Positions 1 through 8,131 of a stretch of 40,686 bases of DNA are shown here, one piece after another; within the stretch, counting starts at the first letter, position 1; each line of letters begins with the position of its first letter. A program made the position numbers and the translations under genes. The stretch comes from a virus. The notes beneath the pieces are model-generated. The model had not been told where the DNA came from and did not search any database. It saw only the letters and a program-made list of their open reading frames with translations. The stretch lies in IMG/VR virus record IMGVR_UViG_3300005534_000007, one strand, 5' to 3'.

Positions 1-110
1 AAGTGAAACAGCTGATATAACGAACCTACTTGGCTTGTAATATTGTGGATTAATTGGAACGTTATTGTAGGGAGCTACAGGACCAGGGTACGGGTATGGA
101 AATGCCATAT
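1..110. repeat. Terminal direct repeat (left copy), identical to 40577-40686; indicates circular closure or terminal redundancy
   Basis: Base-by-base comparison of both window ends gives a 110/110 match. The repeat lies inside the 5' end of the minus-strand 142-aa ORF, whose first 36 codons recur at 108..1. Confidence 0.95.
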
Positions 111-131
111 TCTATTGCCTCATTTAAAAAA

Positions 132-151
132 GGGGAGAATTTCTTCTCCCC
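132..151 (-). terminator. Rho-independent terminator after the capsid gene pair
   Basis: Minus strand reads GGGGAGAA-GAAA-TTCTCCCC followed by TTTTTTAAA. It has an 8-bp GC-rich stem and a 4-nt loop, and sits 36 nt downstream of the stop of ORF 187..1332. Confidence 0.8.
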
Positions 152-186
152 TGAGTCATAACTCGTAATTATTACTTACAAGTTCA

Positions 187-1332
187 TCATGGTGATGATA
201 GATCGGTGAGCATTGCTCTCCAATAAATCTGATTACCATTAGCACCAACAAGAACAGAGCTTGCCAGGTTAGTGCCAGCTCCAGCACCAATCACGAATCC
301 CTGGCGTGTGTTATTGAAAAACGCACCTTGGATTGCAGGACCATTGATACTGCTATAAGAAATACCAGTATATGGAGTAATAACGGGTGAAGGATACAGA
401 TTACCGCCCGAATATGGGAAGCCACCTGTATTCACATCACCAACTGGTACCACTTGTGGATAATCAAGACCGGGAACGCTCGCCACTGTTTGGTTAGTGT
501 TGAACGCAGTAAATCCAGTAGAGTTGATATTAACCACAAATGTGAGATAGTCAGTTACAGAAGTCACATATCCGTACAATGGCGCTCCAGGAGTGCTATT
601 GTTAGGAAGTGAATTCAACTGAGTTGTCCCCCATACCGATGGAATACGGAATGCAACTTCTTGACCAACAACCAAGTTATGAGCTGTAGTTGTGGCAATA
701 GTAGTTGTAGTTCCTGTAACTATAGTCTGAATAGTAAGATCAGCTGGCAAATAGAGATAAGGATATAAAACCTTTTTCACAAATGCACCAGTTGGCGAAC
801 CACTCAAAGCTGTGTAGTTACTTTGGTTAGTATTCCAATGAATAGTAAACGTTGTTGCTCCAGTGACAGTTACTGTAAATGGAATGTTAGAAATCTGAGG
901 CATACCAGTCGTTGGAGACTGATAGAGACCTGTCATGATAACTACATCACCATTTGCATATCCGTGATTGGATGCAGTAGTAACTACAGCAGGAGATGCT
1001 TTGCTAATGGAAGCAATTTGGATTTGCTGACCAAATGACAGAAGCTGACCTGCGCTAAAAGTACTAATACCGTTTGCAACAACTGTATCAGCTACCAGAG
1101 CTAGAACAGTAGGTGTCGTAGCATATGTTTGGTAAACACCTGTTTCAAGGGCGAAACCTTGACCCATTGCTGAGTCCCAATATGCTGACACAACTGCGTT
1201 AGCCGCAGGTGCTGAGTTAGCTGCCGAATAGTTCCACATCTCAACGACGTTAGGAACGAAAGGCAACAAAACAGTTTGAGCTGCACCAGTTGAAGTGAAG
1301 CTACCTTTTGCGATTCTTGAATATTCAGCCAT
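187..1332 (-). CDS. Virion structural protein with two SH3-like (FCCH-type) repeats; head-decoration or head-fibre candidate
   Basis: 381-aa ORF whose ATG follows the MCP stop within 1 nt. Repeats contain HGYANGDVVIMTG and AHNLVVGQEVAFRIP. The C-terminal half aligns with the 142-aa ORF 40256..40684. A strong terminator follows. Confidence 0.55.
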   Translation of the reverse strand: MAEYSRIAKGSFTSTGAAQTVLLPFVPNVVEMWNYSAANSAPAANAVVSAYWDSAMGQGFALETGVYQTYATTPTVLALVADTVVANGISTFSAGQLLSFGQQIQIASISKASPAVVTTASNHGYANGDVVIMTGLYQSPTTGMPQISNIPFTVTVTGATTFTIHWNTNQSNYTALSGSPTGAFVKKVLYPYLYLPADLTIQTIVTGTTTTIATTTAHNLVVGQEVAFRIPSVWGTTQLNSLPNNSTPGAPLYGYVTSVTDYLTFVVNINSTGFTAFNTNQTVASVPGLDYPQVVPVGDVNTGGFPYSGGNLYPSPVITPYTGISYSSINGPAIQGAFFNNTRQGFVIGAGAGTNLASSVLVGANGNQIYWRAMLTDLSSP

Positions 1333-1333
1333 A

Positions 1334-2302
1334 TTATACCCCCAAATTGCTTAAGCGTGTACAGAGCAAATTACGGATAGCCGTATCTTGCGTGATCGCT
1401 TGGGCTTGGGCGAATTTAACGGCCAAAGTCGCATTTTGTGCGAGCATGCCAGAATAATAAGGATCACGATAGATCAGGTTCATGCTATAGCCGTCCTGAT
1501 TGATATGCGTGACTGCTTGCTTACCACAAACTGTATTGTAATATACATCTTGACCATTGGCTGATGCAGCACGTGCTACGGGGGCCTCGCTGGACGTTAA
1601 GATCCTGAGGTTGAACACACTGCCCCATTCGCTGGGCAACGCTGAGGTGTTGTTTGGATAATTCCAGACGTTGATCACGCCAGAACCAACCAAACTATCG
1701 AAATCCGTTTGCAATTCTGTGCTGGAAAGCATAAAATAGCTCGAACGAATCGGACCGGACCCGAAAGCTAGTGAGCCTTCGATACCGGACATAAATTTAT
1801 AGGCGTTATTTGTATCCAATGTAGTAGAAACTAAACTGAAATCTGATAGGCCTAAATTCGTGGGATTATCACCATTCGAACCGCCGCCGGCATTGATTTC
1901 CGAAGCAGCAGAGACGATGTAATCGCGCAAAATGAGATCCTCGGCCTGTCTCATGGAGACCGCCAATCTCTCGCTTACCCAGGCAAGAACACCTTCTTGG
2001 TCCTGTAAAATAACTTGTTCGTTAATGATTACGCCGGTACCAAAAAACGCCATCTGGGCGTCAATGATGTCACGCTGTGGCACTTGGGCTGGGGGATCGA
2101 TCCCGGAATTACCGAGTTGAATAGTAGGTGGTTGCAATGCGCGAGGACGCATGAACCGACAAGTCGTACCACCATTAACCGGCATGGAAATCTTGTCGGT
2201 GATAGTGATATAATTCATCGTAGGGGTCGGGACATACAACATAGCAGGCGCAAGCGACTGCAAAATCATGGGGCCCAAATTCCCTGTAGTTGTAATAGAC
2301 AT
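1334..2302 (-). CDS. Major capsid protein (HK97-fold; N4-gp56-like sequence pattern)
   Basis: 322 aa from ATG 2302, with AAGGA 8 nt upstream. The track start at 2323 is an upstream TTG. The gene lies downstream of the scaffold gene. The pattern RFMRPRAL...LGNSGIDPP...AFFGTGVIINEQV...RQAEDLILRDYI matches my memory of that MCP family. Confidence 0.7.
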   Translation of the reverse strand: MSITTTGNLGPMILQSLAPAMLYVPTPTMNYITITDKISMPVNGGTTCRFMRPRALQPPTIQLGNSGIDPPAQVPQRDIIDAQMAFFGTGVIINEQVILQDQEGVLAWVSERLAVSMRQAEDLILRDYIVSAASEINAGGGSNGDNPTNLGLSDFSLVSTTLDTNNAYKFMSGIEGSLAFGSGPIRSSYFMLSSTELQTDFDSLVGSGVINVWNYPNNTSALPSEWGSVFNLRILTSSEAPVARAASANGQDVYYNTVCGKQAVTHINQDGYSMNLIYRDPYYSGMLAQNATLAVKFAQAQAITQDTAIRNLLCTRLSNLGV

Positions 2303-2458
2303 TTGGAATATCCTTTTTGTCAATTAACAATCAGGATATGGCGATCGGTTGACGAACCTAACTTACGTCGTTTTCGACATATCGTATGAAGACGCGACGC
2401 TTCTTACGCTGGGGCACGACTTCCCTTACGTGAAATTGCATGTTATTAATTAAAATAA

Positions 2459-2635
2459 TTATTTGTCAATTCTAACTGATTCGATGTAACGCTCTTGCGC
2501 TTCTTCTAGCTTTTTTTTGTGCTTGTCGAAGCAAGAGACGCAGATAGAATATTTGCCAATGTGCTCATGCCACCGCCAATCAATTTCGCGGCGGCATATC
2601 TCACATTCTGGGCAATCTTGGCAGCCAACGGCCAT
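2459..2635 (-). CDS. Small Cys-rich zinc-finger protein (58 aa, below ORF-track cutoff)
   Basis: Hand translation: MAVGCQDCPECEICRREIDWRWHEHIGKYSICVSCFDKHKKKLEEAQERYIESVRIDK. The ATG abuts the upstream stop (TAAATG). Confidence 0.5.
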   Translation of the reverse strand: MAVGCQDCPECEICRREIDWRWHEHIGKYSICVSCFDKHKKKLEEAQERYIESVRIDK

Positions 2636-2824
2636 TTACTTATTTTTGAAATCTTTGAGGGTTTCGGCTAGATTTGCTCTTTTGCGTGTAGTCGGATTCT
2701 TAGAATGCTCTGCTTTTTTCAGCTTAGATTCAGGGATGGGTTCATCACCCTTCATGTGGAGGGATTTACGGAGTGATCCGGGTTTTTTAATGGCCTCACT
2801 TATCCATTTTTTCTTCTCGGCCAT
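2636..2824 (-). CDS. Small Lys-rich hydrophilic protein, unknown function
   Basis: 62-aa ORF with TAATG coupling to the upstream ORF. Contains the motif KKPGSLRKSLHMKGDEPIPESKLKKA...RKRANLAETL. Confidence 0.55.
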   Translation of the reverse strand: MAEKKKWISEAIKKPGSLRKSLHMKGDEPIPESKLKKAEHSKNPTTRKRANLAETLKDFKNK

Positions 2825-3003
2825 TATTTCTTTCCTTTCTTTTTGGAAACCTTTTCTCCCGCTTTCCTCGCCTCTGAAAGTCCGATCGCGATCGCTTGTT
2901 TGGGGCCAGTGACTTCTGGCCCCTTTTTACTTCCACTGTGGAGTTTTCCTCCCTTGAATTCTTCCATGACCTTCTCGACTTTGCCACTGGATTTTTTTTT
3001 CAT
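2824..3003 (-). CDS. DUF6496-like small protein (59 aa, missed by ORF track)
   Basis: Hand translation: MKKKSSGKVEKVMEEFKGGKLHSGSKKGPEVTGPKQAIAIGLSEARKAGEKVSKKKGKK. ATGA overlap with the scaffold stop. The EFKxGxLxSG...KQAIAIxLSEAR motif is recalled from that family. Confidence 0.6.
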   Translation of the reverse strand: MKKKSSGKVEKVMEEFKGGKLHSGSKKGPEVTGPKQAIAIGLSEARKAGEKVSKKKGKK

Positions 3004-3674
3004 CCTAACCTCAAATTGCTTCTAAGTTGCACCATTTTTTCATATGCTTGTTTTTTGCCCATGTCACTGAAATCGCCCGATTGAGCATAGGGAGCTGTCC
3101 CTACACCAGTTGGTTGATAGAAGGGAGTACGTCTCTTCGCATCAATTGTTTCTTGGATGGTTGATTGTTTCGGTTCTGGTTGGTCAATCTTCAAATGCTT
3201 GATAGTTTGATAAACCATCTTTTGTCTCTCAAACCCTTCCGGCATCTTGAGAATAGTTTTAGCAAGCTCCGGAGCTTTTTCCGCGAATTTATCCGCATGT
3301 TGAAGTACGTCGTAGAAATCTGGGTTACTATCAAGCCACATTTCCTGTTTGAGTTCTTCCTTGGCCGCAGCCTTGGCTGCCTCCATAGCTTTTTGTATCT
3401 CGCTCTGGGTACTTTCCCCAAATTTGGATAGTTTCTTTTCTAATTTACGATTGTCGACATAAGGCTCTGAATCTTCTTCATCGTCTCTGTCAAGAACGCG
3501 GGCTTTTTCCATTGCCTCTTTAGCAAGCTTTTCGGCGTCAGCTCTTGCGGATCGTTCTTTTTGGAGTTCTCTTTCATACTTCTCTTGAAGAAGTCTAAAA
3601 TTGTTTTCTTTAGCATTGGCTGAAAAATCCTGTTTTTGATTTTGACTCTGATTCTCTTGAACGTCTGCTGTCAT
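3000..3674 (-). CDS. Scaffolding protein (putative)
   Basis: 224 aa, highly charged (E/K/Q/A-rich) and predicted helical. It lies between portal and MCP on the same strand. Confidence 0.6.
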   Translation of the reverse strand: MTADVQENQSQNQKQDFSANAKENNFRLLQEKYERELQKERSARADAEKLAKEAMEKARVLDRDDEEDSEPYVDNRKLEKKLSKFGESTQSEIQKAMEAAKAAAKEELKQEMWLDSNPDFYDVLQHADKFAEKAPELAKTILKMPEGFERQKMVYQTIKHLKIDQPEPKQSTIQETIDAKRRTPFYQPTGVGTAPYAQSGDFSDMGKKQAYEKMVQLRSNLRLG

Positions 3675-3762
3675 ATCACCTTAAAATTTTTATTTGACAT
3701 ACAGTTTCTGTATATAAAAATAATTTTATGATGTAAATAAATTATTTTACAGATGAGGTTCG

Positions 3763-4329
3763 ATGAAAATTGATCGGCTAGAGACGCACGATAGACTATT
3801 GCAATTCAATAAGCAGTCAGACTATATTTCTCATGGATGCCAAGAATGTATAAACAACAGACCAAGGGAATATAATGATCATCCGTTTTATATTTTTGCT
3901 CATAAGAGAACTATCGGCCTTGATGAGAAAATCTCCATATTTAATGAGGATCTTAGACTAGCTCTCCTTAGTCCCCAGTACATCAGAAAGTACCAAACAT
4001 TAGACACGATTCCAGAAGCCAGATTGATATGGGAACCAAGACTTACTAAGCCGCGAGCGCAGTCCAATTCCATGTTATTCAAGGCCTATCCTCCCAGCGA
4101 CAATATCCGTGTAATATGGATGTTGCCAGCGCCAGAACTCTGGGAACAGTATCAAAAGGATAAGTTGACACAAAACCAGACGATTTGTGAAAGTATCGAC
4201 ATGTACATAAACAATCGCGGCAAGTTGGAAGGCAGGGAAGAGGATGATATTCCAGACCACGTCATCAAAGGGATCATGATGGAAATAGGACGAAATGCCC
4301 GATTGAAAAGGGGGAAAAGGGATGTTTGA
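3763..4329 (+). CDS. Hypothetical protein, opposite strand inside the head module
   Basis: 188-aa ORF with an ATG start, preceded by an 88-bp AT-rich intergenic region containing TTGACA. No motif recognised. Confidence 0.55.
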   Translation: MKIDRLETHDRLLQFNKQSDYISHGCQECINNRPREYNDHPFYIFAHKRTIGLDEKISIFNEDLRLALLSPQYIRKYQTLDTIPEARLIWEPRLTKPRAQSNSMLFKAYPPSDNIRVIWMLPAPELWEQYQKDKLTQNQTICESIDMYINNRGKLEGREEDDIPDHVIKGIMMEIGRNARLKRGKRDV

Positions 4330-4645
4330 CGAGACGACTAGTATACCTCCCATGGAAATACCTGATAAATATTTGAAAGGTGTTTCGTACAAAGTCTATA
4401 AAATTGAACCTACCTTGATAAGGACAGACGAAGTACCAGATTTCAAACAAAGATGCGATCGAGCTAAATTGAGAATGAATTCTTACTATGAAGAATACTG
4501 GAAAGAAAATACATATTGGGGTGGATTAAAAAGGAAAGAGTTCGAAAAAAATCTACTCAAAGAACGCAAGAAGAAGAAGAGTAAATTTTGGAAATTTATC
4601 TACTCGTTTATAAGATCAAACGACAGATCTAGGCGGTATTTTTAG
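4322..4645 (+). CDS. Hypothetical basic protein
   Basis: 107-aa ORF overlapping the upstream ORF by 8 nt. C-terminus is Lys/Arg-rich. Confidence 0.5.
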   Translation: MFDETTSIPPMEIPDKYLKGVSYKVYKIEPTLIRTDEVPDFKQRCDRAKLRMNSYYEEYWKENTYWGGLKRKEFEKNLLKERKKKKSKFWKFIYSFIRSNDRSRRYF

Positions 4646-4834
4646 TTTTTTCTTGCTTGTGTCATTCACCGGCGGTGTGTAACTATCCCTCATCTTGCCA
4701 AGCTTAGCCTTGATTCCTGTCCCGTAATAATCGCCCATTCCCATTCCAGTATGAGATACATGCCAATCACCCGCAAACGGGCCACCTTTCTTCGTGCCTG
4801 TATGCGACTGTTTCAAGGGCTTAGGGGATTTCAC
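4616..4834 (-). CDS. Small Gly/Lys-rich protein (possible internal head protein)
   Basis: 72 aa with a GTG start overlapping the upstream stop (GTGA). Contains the motif GMGDYYGTGIKAKLGK. Confidence 0.45.
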   Translation of the reverse strand: MKSPKPLKQSHTGTKKGGPFAGDWHVSHTGMGMGDYYGTGIKAKLGKMRDSYTPPVNDTSKKKLKIPPRSVV

Positions 4835-5151
4835 AGTATTTCCCGTTTCTCAGGATAGATCGGCACCGTGGCGACACGGCCCTTGGGAACCCCGCCGTCT
4901 GATTTTGGATTGCCTTCATGTCCGACGGGCTGATTGTGGCCTACGCCATAATCGGTGCCAGCCTGCATAAAGCAAGAGGATCGATTGTCGTAATGAGGCG
5001 CTTGCCAATTCCAGGGCTTTTCGCCTTCTTTATATTGCTTAGGAGCAATTGGGTCTTTAAAGCCTGTTTTCATAAATTGCCTTTTTAAAAGTATGCTGCC
5101 TATTTTAAACATTTTAAGTTCAAAATTGGAACGAATCTCACGTTTCCCCAT
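4831..5151 (-). CDS. Small Gly-rich protein, unknown function
   Basis: 106-aa ORF. The motif GTDYGVGHNQPVGH resembles that of the downstream 72-aa ORF. The true start may be an internal ATG (MKTGFKDP...). Confidence 0.45.
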   Translation of the reverse strand: MGKREIRSNFELKMFKIGSILLKRQFMKTGFKDPIAPKQYKEGEKPWNWQAPHYDNRSSCFMQAGTDYGVGHNQPVGHEGNPKSDGGVPKGRVATVPIYPEKREIL

Positions 5152-5168
5152 GAGGGCAGCATTAAAAA

Positions 5169-5453
5169 TTAGTTTCTGTAACCTGTTTTAAGAGGTCTGC
5201 CTTTGGCTTTGCTCATATTTTCCATCTGAGCAGATTTAATCGCCTCTGTGGTATCTTCATATCTTGGAAGGCTAGCAGCTCCCATTGCGCTAGATTCATC
5301 TTTCGTTTTAGCGCCTTCTGGGAATACAGAACCTTTAGAACGTCCACCACCCCACCATGAATGGTCGTCGATTCTCTGTCCACCAGAGGAAACTTTCGAA
5401 GCCATTTTTTGACTATCAGCCATTTTCACATCCTTAGAGCTTGCAGGGCTCAT
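5169..5453 (-). CDS. Small hydrophilic protein, unknown function
   Basis: 94-aa ORF directly downstream of portal on the same strand. Rich in Ser, Gly and Lys. Confidence 0.45.
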   Translation of the reverse strand: MSPASSKDVKMADSQKMASKVSSGGQRIDDHSWWGGGRSKGSVFPEGAKTKDESSAMGAASLPRYEDTTEAIKSAQMENMSKAKGRPLKTGYRN

Positions 5454-5514
5454 TGTACTTATATCCCTTATATATCATCTAGGATAAATAATTAAAATAA
5501 TTCTTTAATATACA

Positions 5515-7506
5515 TCACATTTGACCAGAAGCTTGTGGTGTATTTTGCTGCTCAGGTCCTTTCATCCCACCCATAATTTCAGCCAGAAACTTATTAGCAC
5601 CTGTGCGTCTCTCTACATCCTGTTTCTCAGCCTCTTCTCGCCCTTGAATCTGCTGGCTTTCCATATCCATTTTCATCTGTTGATACTGAGTCTCTATTTC
5701 ACCAAATCTTGCCATGTTTTCTAGCATAGAAGTAAGAGCTGCTTGTTTCTCTTTAAGAGACATGGCCCTATTACGCTCTATCATGCTCAGTCTTTCCTCG
5801 TACAAACCTAGGTTGCTTTCGCTACGACTATGATCTTCTCGTGCCCTTGCAATATTAGCCGCAGCCTTAGACATAAGTTCTTTAAGTTTAACTTCTTCAA
5901 ATGAATGCTTAATATTCATTTCTTCTTGTTGAGCTGCTTGCATTTGTTGTTCTTGTTGCTGTAAGAACTCGATGATTTCGGCTTTTCCTGTGATATTTAG
6001 CTTAGGAATAATCCTAGAAGGAGGGAATACCTCGCGCCCAAACATCTGATTGATTTCAAGCATGTTCTGTGCCTGCAAATTCTGCTGCGTTGGGGTAAGA
6101 TCAGCTTCTTCTACAAGCACCTGGCACTTGGCAAAGATTTTCGAATAGAAATGCGGTGTTGGCTCTTCTCCGATTAGTAGTTCTACCTTAGCCGCATTCC
6201 AATTGTTAATGGCGATCTGAAGTAGTCTTTCCCCAAGCAACTTATCCGATAGATCCCATTGATCGAAATACTTTTGAAGTACCATCAAATTGGCCGCTTG
6301 TTTCAGCATGGTGGTAAGAGAAGACGCCTGCTTATCATTTTGTGCAGACCAGTTCTCCAAATCAATGCCAGATGTGCCAAAAATCAAGGTGCGTAATCTA
6401 TCCGCCAAAGCAAAGTCTGATTCTGGAACAGAATTAGGCACGATCTTCTCGACATCGGTCATTTCGTAGCCTTCATTCACGATAACATCCCAGCCTTGAC
6501 CAGATTTCTTCATGTTATCTTCATTGGCCACAGAGCCAACTTTTCGCTTCCATCCAGCATTGATTGTAGCTTCTTTCTGATCATGGGAAATAATGATCTG
6601 GCGATTCATCAAGTAGTTTGAGTCGCGCATAGTGCGCACTAGACCTCGGCACCTTAGATCATAGTAGTTATTGTGCGGTTCATAATTCCAATAATAGGGG
6701 ATAAACGGGCAATCATCAAAACCAAGGGGATTATCACCTTGGAACATGAGCTGATCATTGAGGACAACGGCTAATTTCCATGTAGGAACTTCAACCGTTA
6801 CTTCCTCAAGATCGGGAATGGCCTGCATAATCATTTCTAGGTTTTCATCACCACCTGCGAAATCGAAGAACTGATTACGCCTTGGTGAGTAGAGACGTTT
6901 CTTTTTGCGCTTCCATTTATACCATACATAAGACAAGACCATAAGGTCATTGCGCGCCATGTTGTAGTTTTCTGGTAAGAAATAAAAGCTTCCATATCTT
7001 TGAGGAGATCCAGCCATTGGAGCGATCTTTTCTAGCTTATCAGGAAATCTAGATTCGGCTTCTTTCTTGGATACATACTCTTGACACCAAACGAATTGCG
7101 CATCGCTCATATCAGGGGAGCGGAAGTAGGGATCTACCAGAAAGCTATTATATTCCCATACCTTCAATTTAAGTTCACCTTGCGCCGGGTCATTACCCAT
7201 GAAATCAAGGTAAGGCTGAGCTAGTACCATGCCAGTTATGCAGGCTTGTTCCTTGGCCCTGGACTTCTGTTCATGGATTGCACCAGCATTAGCAACGCTT
7301 GTGATAAGCTTCGTATATTGATCGGTAGTTTGAGGATCAGCACCCTCTGTTGGAGTATAAATCCACTGCTTTCTATGCTGTCTTTCATAACCAGTAACCA
7401 TATTGACTGGCTGCTGGAGAAGATTGAAATAGAAGTTCTGCGCCGATGAAGATGGAGTAATACCAAAGTATCGGTTTATATACTGCTGAGCGCCTGCATA
7501 GAACAA
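5515..7506 (-). CDS. Portal protein with long C-terminal coiled-coil (barrel-like) extension
   Basis: 663 aa from a TTG start. Size, position near terL, and a Q/E-rich helical tail of about 150 aa support the call. The frame stays open for 53 further codons upstream (see finding). Confidence 0.75.
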   Translation of the reverse strand: MFYAGAQQYINRYFGITPSSSAQNFYFNLLQQPVNMVTGYERQHRKQWIYTPTEGADPQTTDQYTKLITSVANAGAIHEQKSRAKEQACITGMVLAQPYLDFMGNDPAQGELKLKVWEYNSFLVDPYFRSPDMSDAQFVWCQEYVSKKEAESRFPDKLEKIAPMAGSPQRYGSFYFLPENYNMARNDLMVLSYVWYKWKRKKKRLYSPRRNQFFDFAGGDENLEMIMQAIPDLEEVTVEVPTWKLAVVLNDQLMFQGDNPLGFDDCPFIPYYWNYEPHNNYYDLRCRGLVRTMRDSNYLMNRQIIISHDQKEATINAGWKRKVGSVANEDNMKKSGQGWDVIVNEGYEMTDVEKIVPNSVPESDFALADRLRTLIFGTSGIDLENWSAQNDKQASSLTTMLKQAANLMVLQKYFDQWDLSDKLLGERLLQIAINNWNAAKVELLIGEEPTPHFYSKIFAKCQVLVEEADLTPTQQNLQAQNMLEINQMFGREVFPPSRIIPKLNITGKAEIIEFLQQQEQQMQAAQQEEMNIKHSFEEVKLKELMSKAAANIARAREDHSRSESNLGLYEERLSMIERNRAMSLKEKQAALTSMLENMARFGEIETQYQQMKMDMESQQIQGREEAEKQDVERRTGANKFLAEIMGGMKGPEQQNTPQASGQM

Positions 7507-7691
7507 TGTATCAATATTGGATTGGTTCCACCTGCTTTGCTCCAGGGGCTGAAATTTGCTGTATAGATTATCAAGCCACTGGCGAACGTTACCTTGGTTA
7601 GGTTCAAGTGCATTATTCCAAGGGGGATAGTAGAAAGAAATAGTAGCCTCCGCGACCCGATTTGCTTAAAGGCTTACTATAAAGTAAAAAT

Positions 7692-8117
7692 TTATTTTAA
7701 CAAACGAGAATATCTATGAGCCATAACTAAACTTCCAGCCACTGCAACGTTCATACTATAGGGCTTACAAGAAGGAATATGGATTTTTGTCCAGTTATTT
7801 TCGAGAATGACTTTCGGAACTCCGTGATCTTCAGCTCCTAGTATATAGATAGTATTACGAGGATGTTCAAAATCCCATAATGAAGTAGATCCTTCACATT
7901 TTTCCACAATAATGGGTACAAATGCATGTGGTATTTCTAAATTATCCCATTCGAATAGAGGGATGTGCTTAGCCGCATTAGGCGTATCAGCTTTCAATCT
8001 TTTATAACGAGAATTTAGCATAAAAAGAAAATCAGCATCATACAGATAAGCAGAACGCCATAGCATCCCAACATTTTCCATAGTTTTACATGATGTAATA
8101 CCAATCCCAAAAGGCAT
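7692..8117 (-). CDS. SPOUT (SpoU/TrmH/TrmL-like) RNA 2'-O-methyltransferase, minimal 141-aa form
   Basis: Three SpoU motifs are visible: ENVGMLWRSA, IYILGAEDHGVP and IHIPSCKPYSMNVAVAGSLVMAH. They align by eye with E. coli TrmL motifs. Confidence 0.75.
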   Translation of the reverse strand: MPFGIGITSCKTMENVGMLWRSAYLYDADFLFMLNSRYKRLKADTPNAAKHIPLFEWDNLEIPHAFVPIIVEKCEGSTSLWDFEHPRNTIYILGAEDHGVPKVILENNWTKIHIPSCKPYSMNVAVAGSLVMAHRYSRLLK

Positions 8118-8131
8118 TCAGGCATATTAAT

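Noticed and set aside
455-463. Perfect DnaA box (TGTGGATAA)
   Set aside because: It is a single copy inside a structural gene, far from the initiator gene. One 9-mer hit is within chance expectation.
2447-2460. 14-bp AT-rich motif TAATTAAAATAATT shared with 5489..5502, both upstream of minus-strand gene groups; possible late-promoter consensus
   Set aside because: A few exact 14-mer pairs are expected by chance in 40 kb, and more in AT-rich intergenic DNA. Other late-gene upstream regions share only loose AT-richness.
2796-2987. 63-aa highly basic minus-strand ORF from the track
   Set aside because: It is an alternate frame of the same DNA that encodes the 59-aa DUF6496-like protein (2824..3003). 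That protein has a recognisable conserved motif and ATGA and TAATG coupling to its neighbours.
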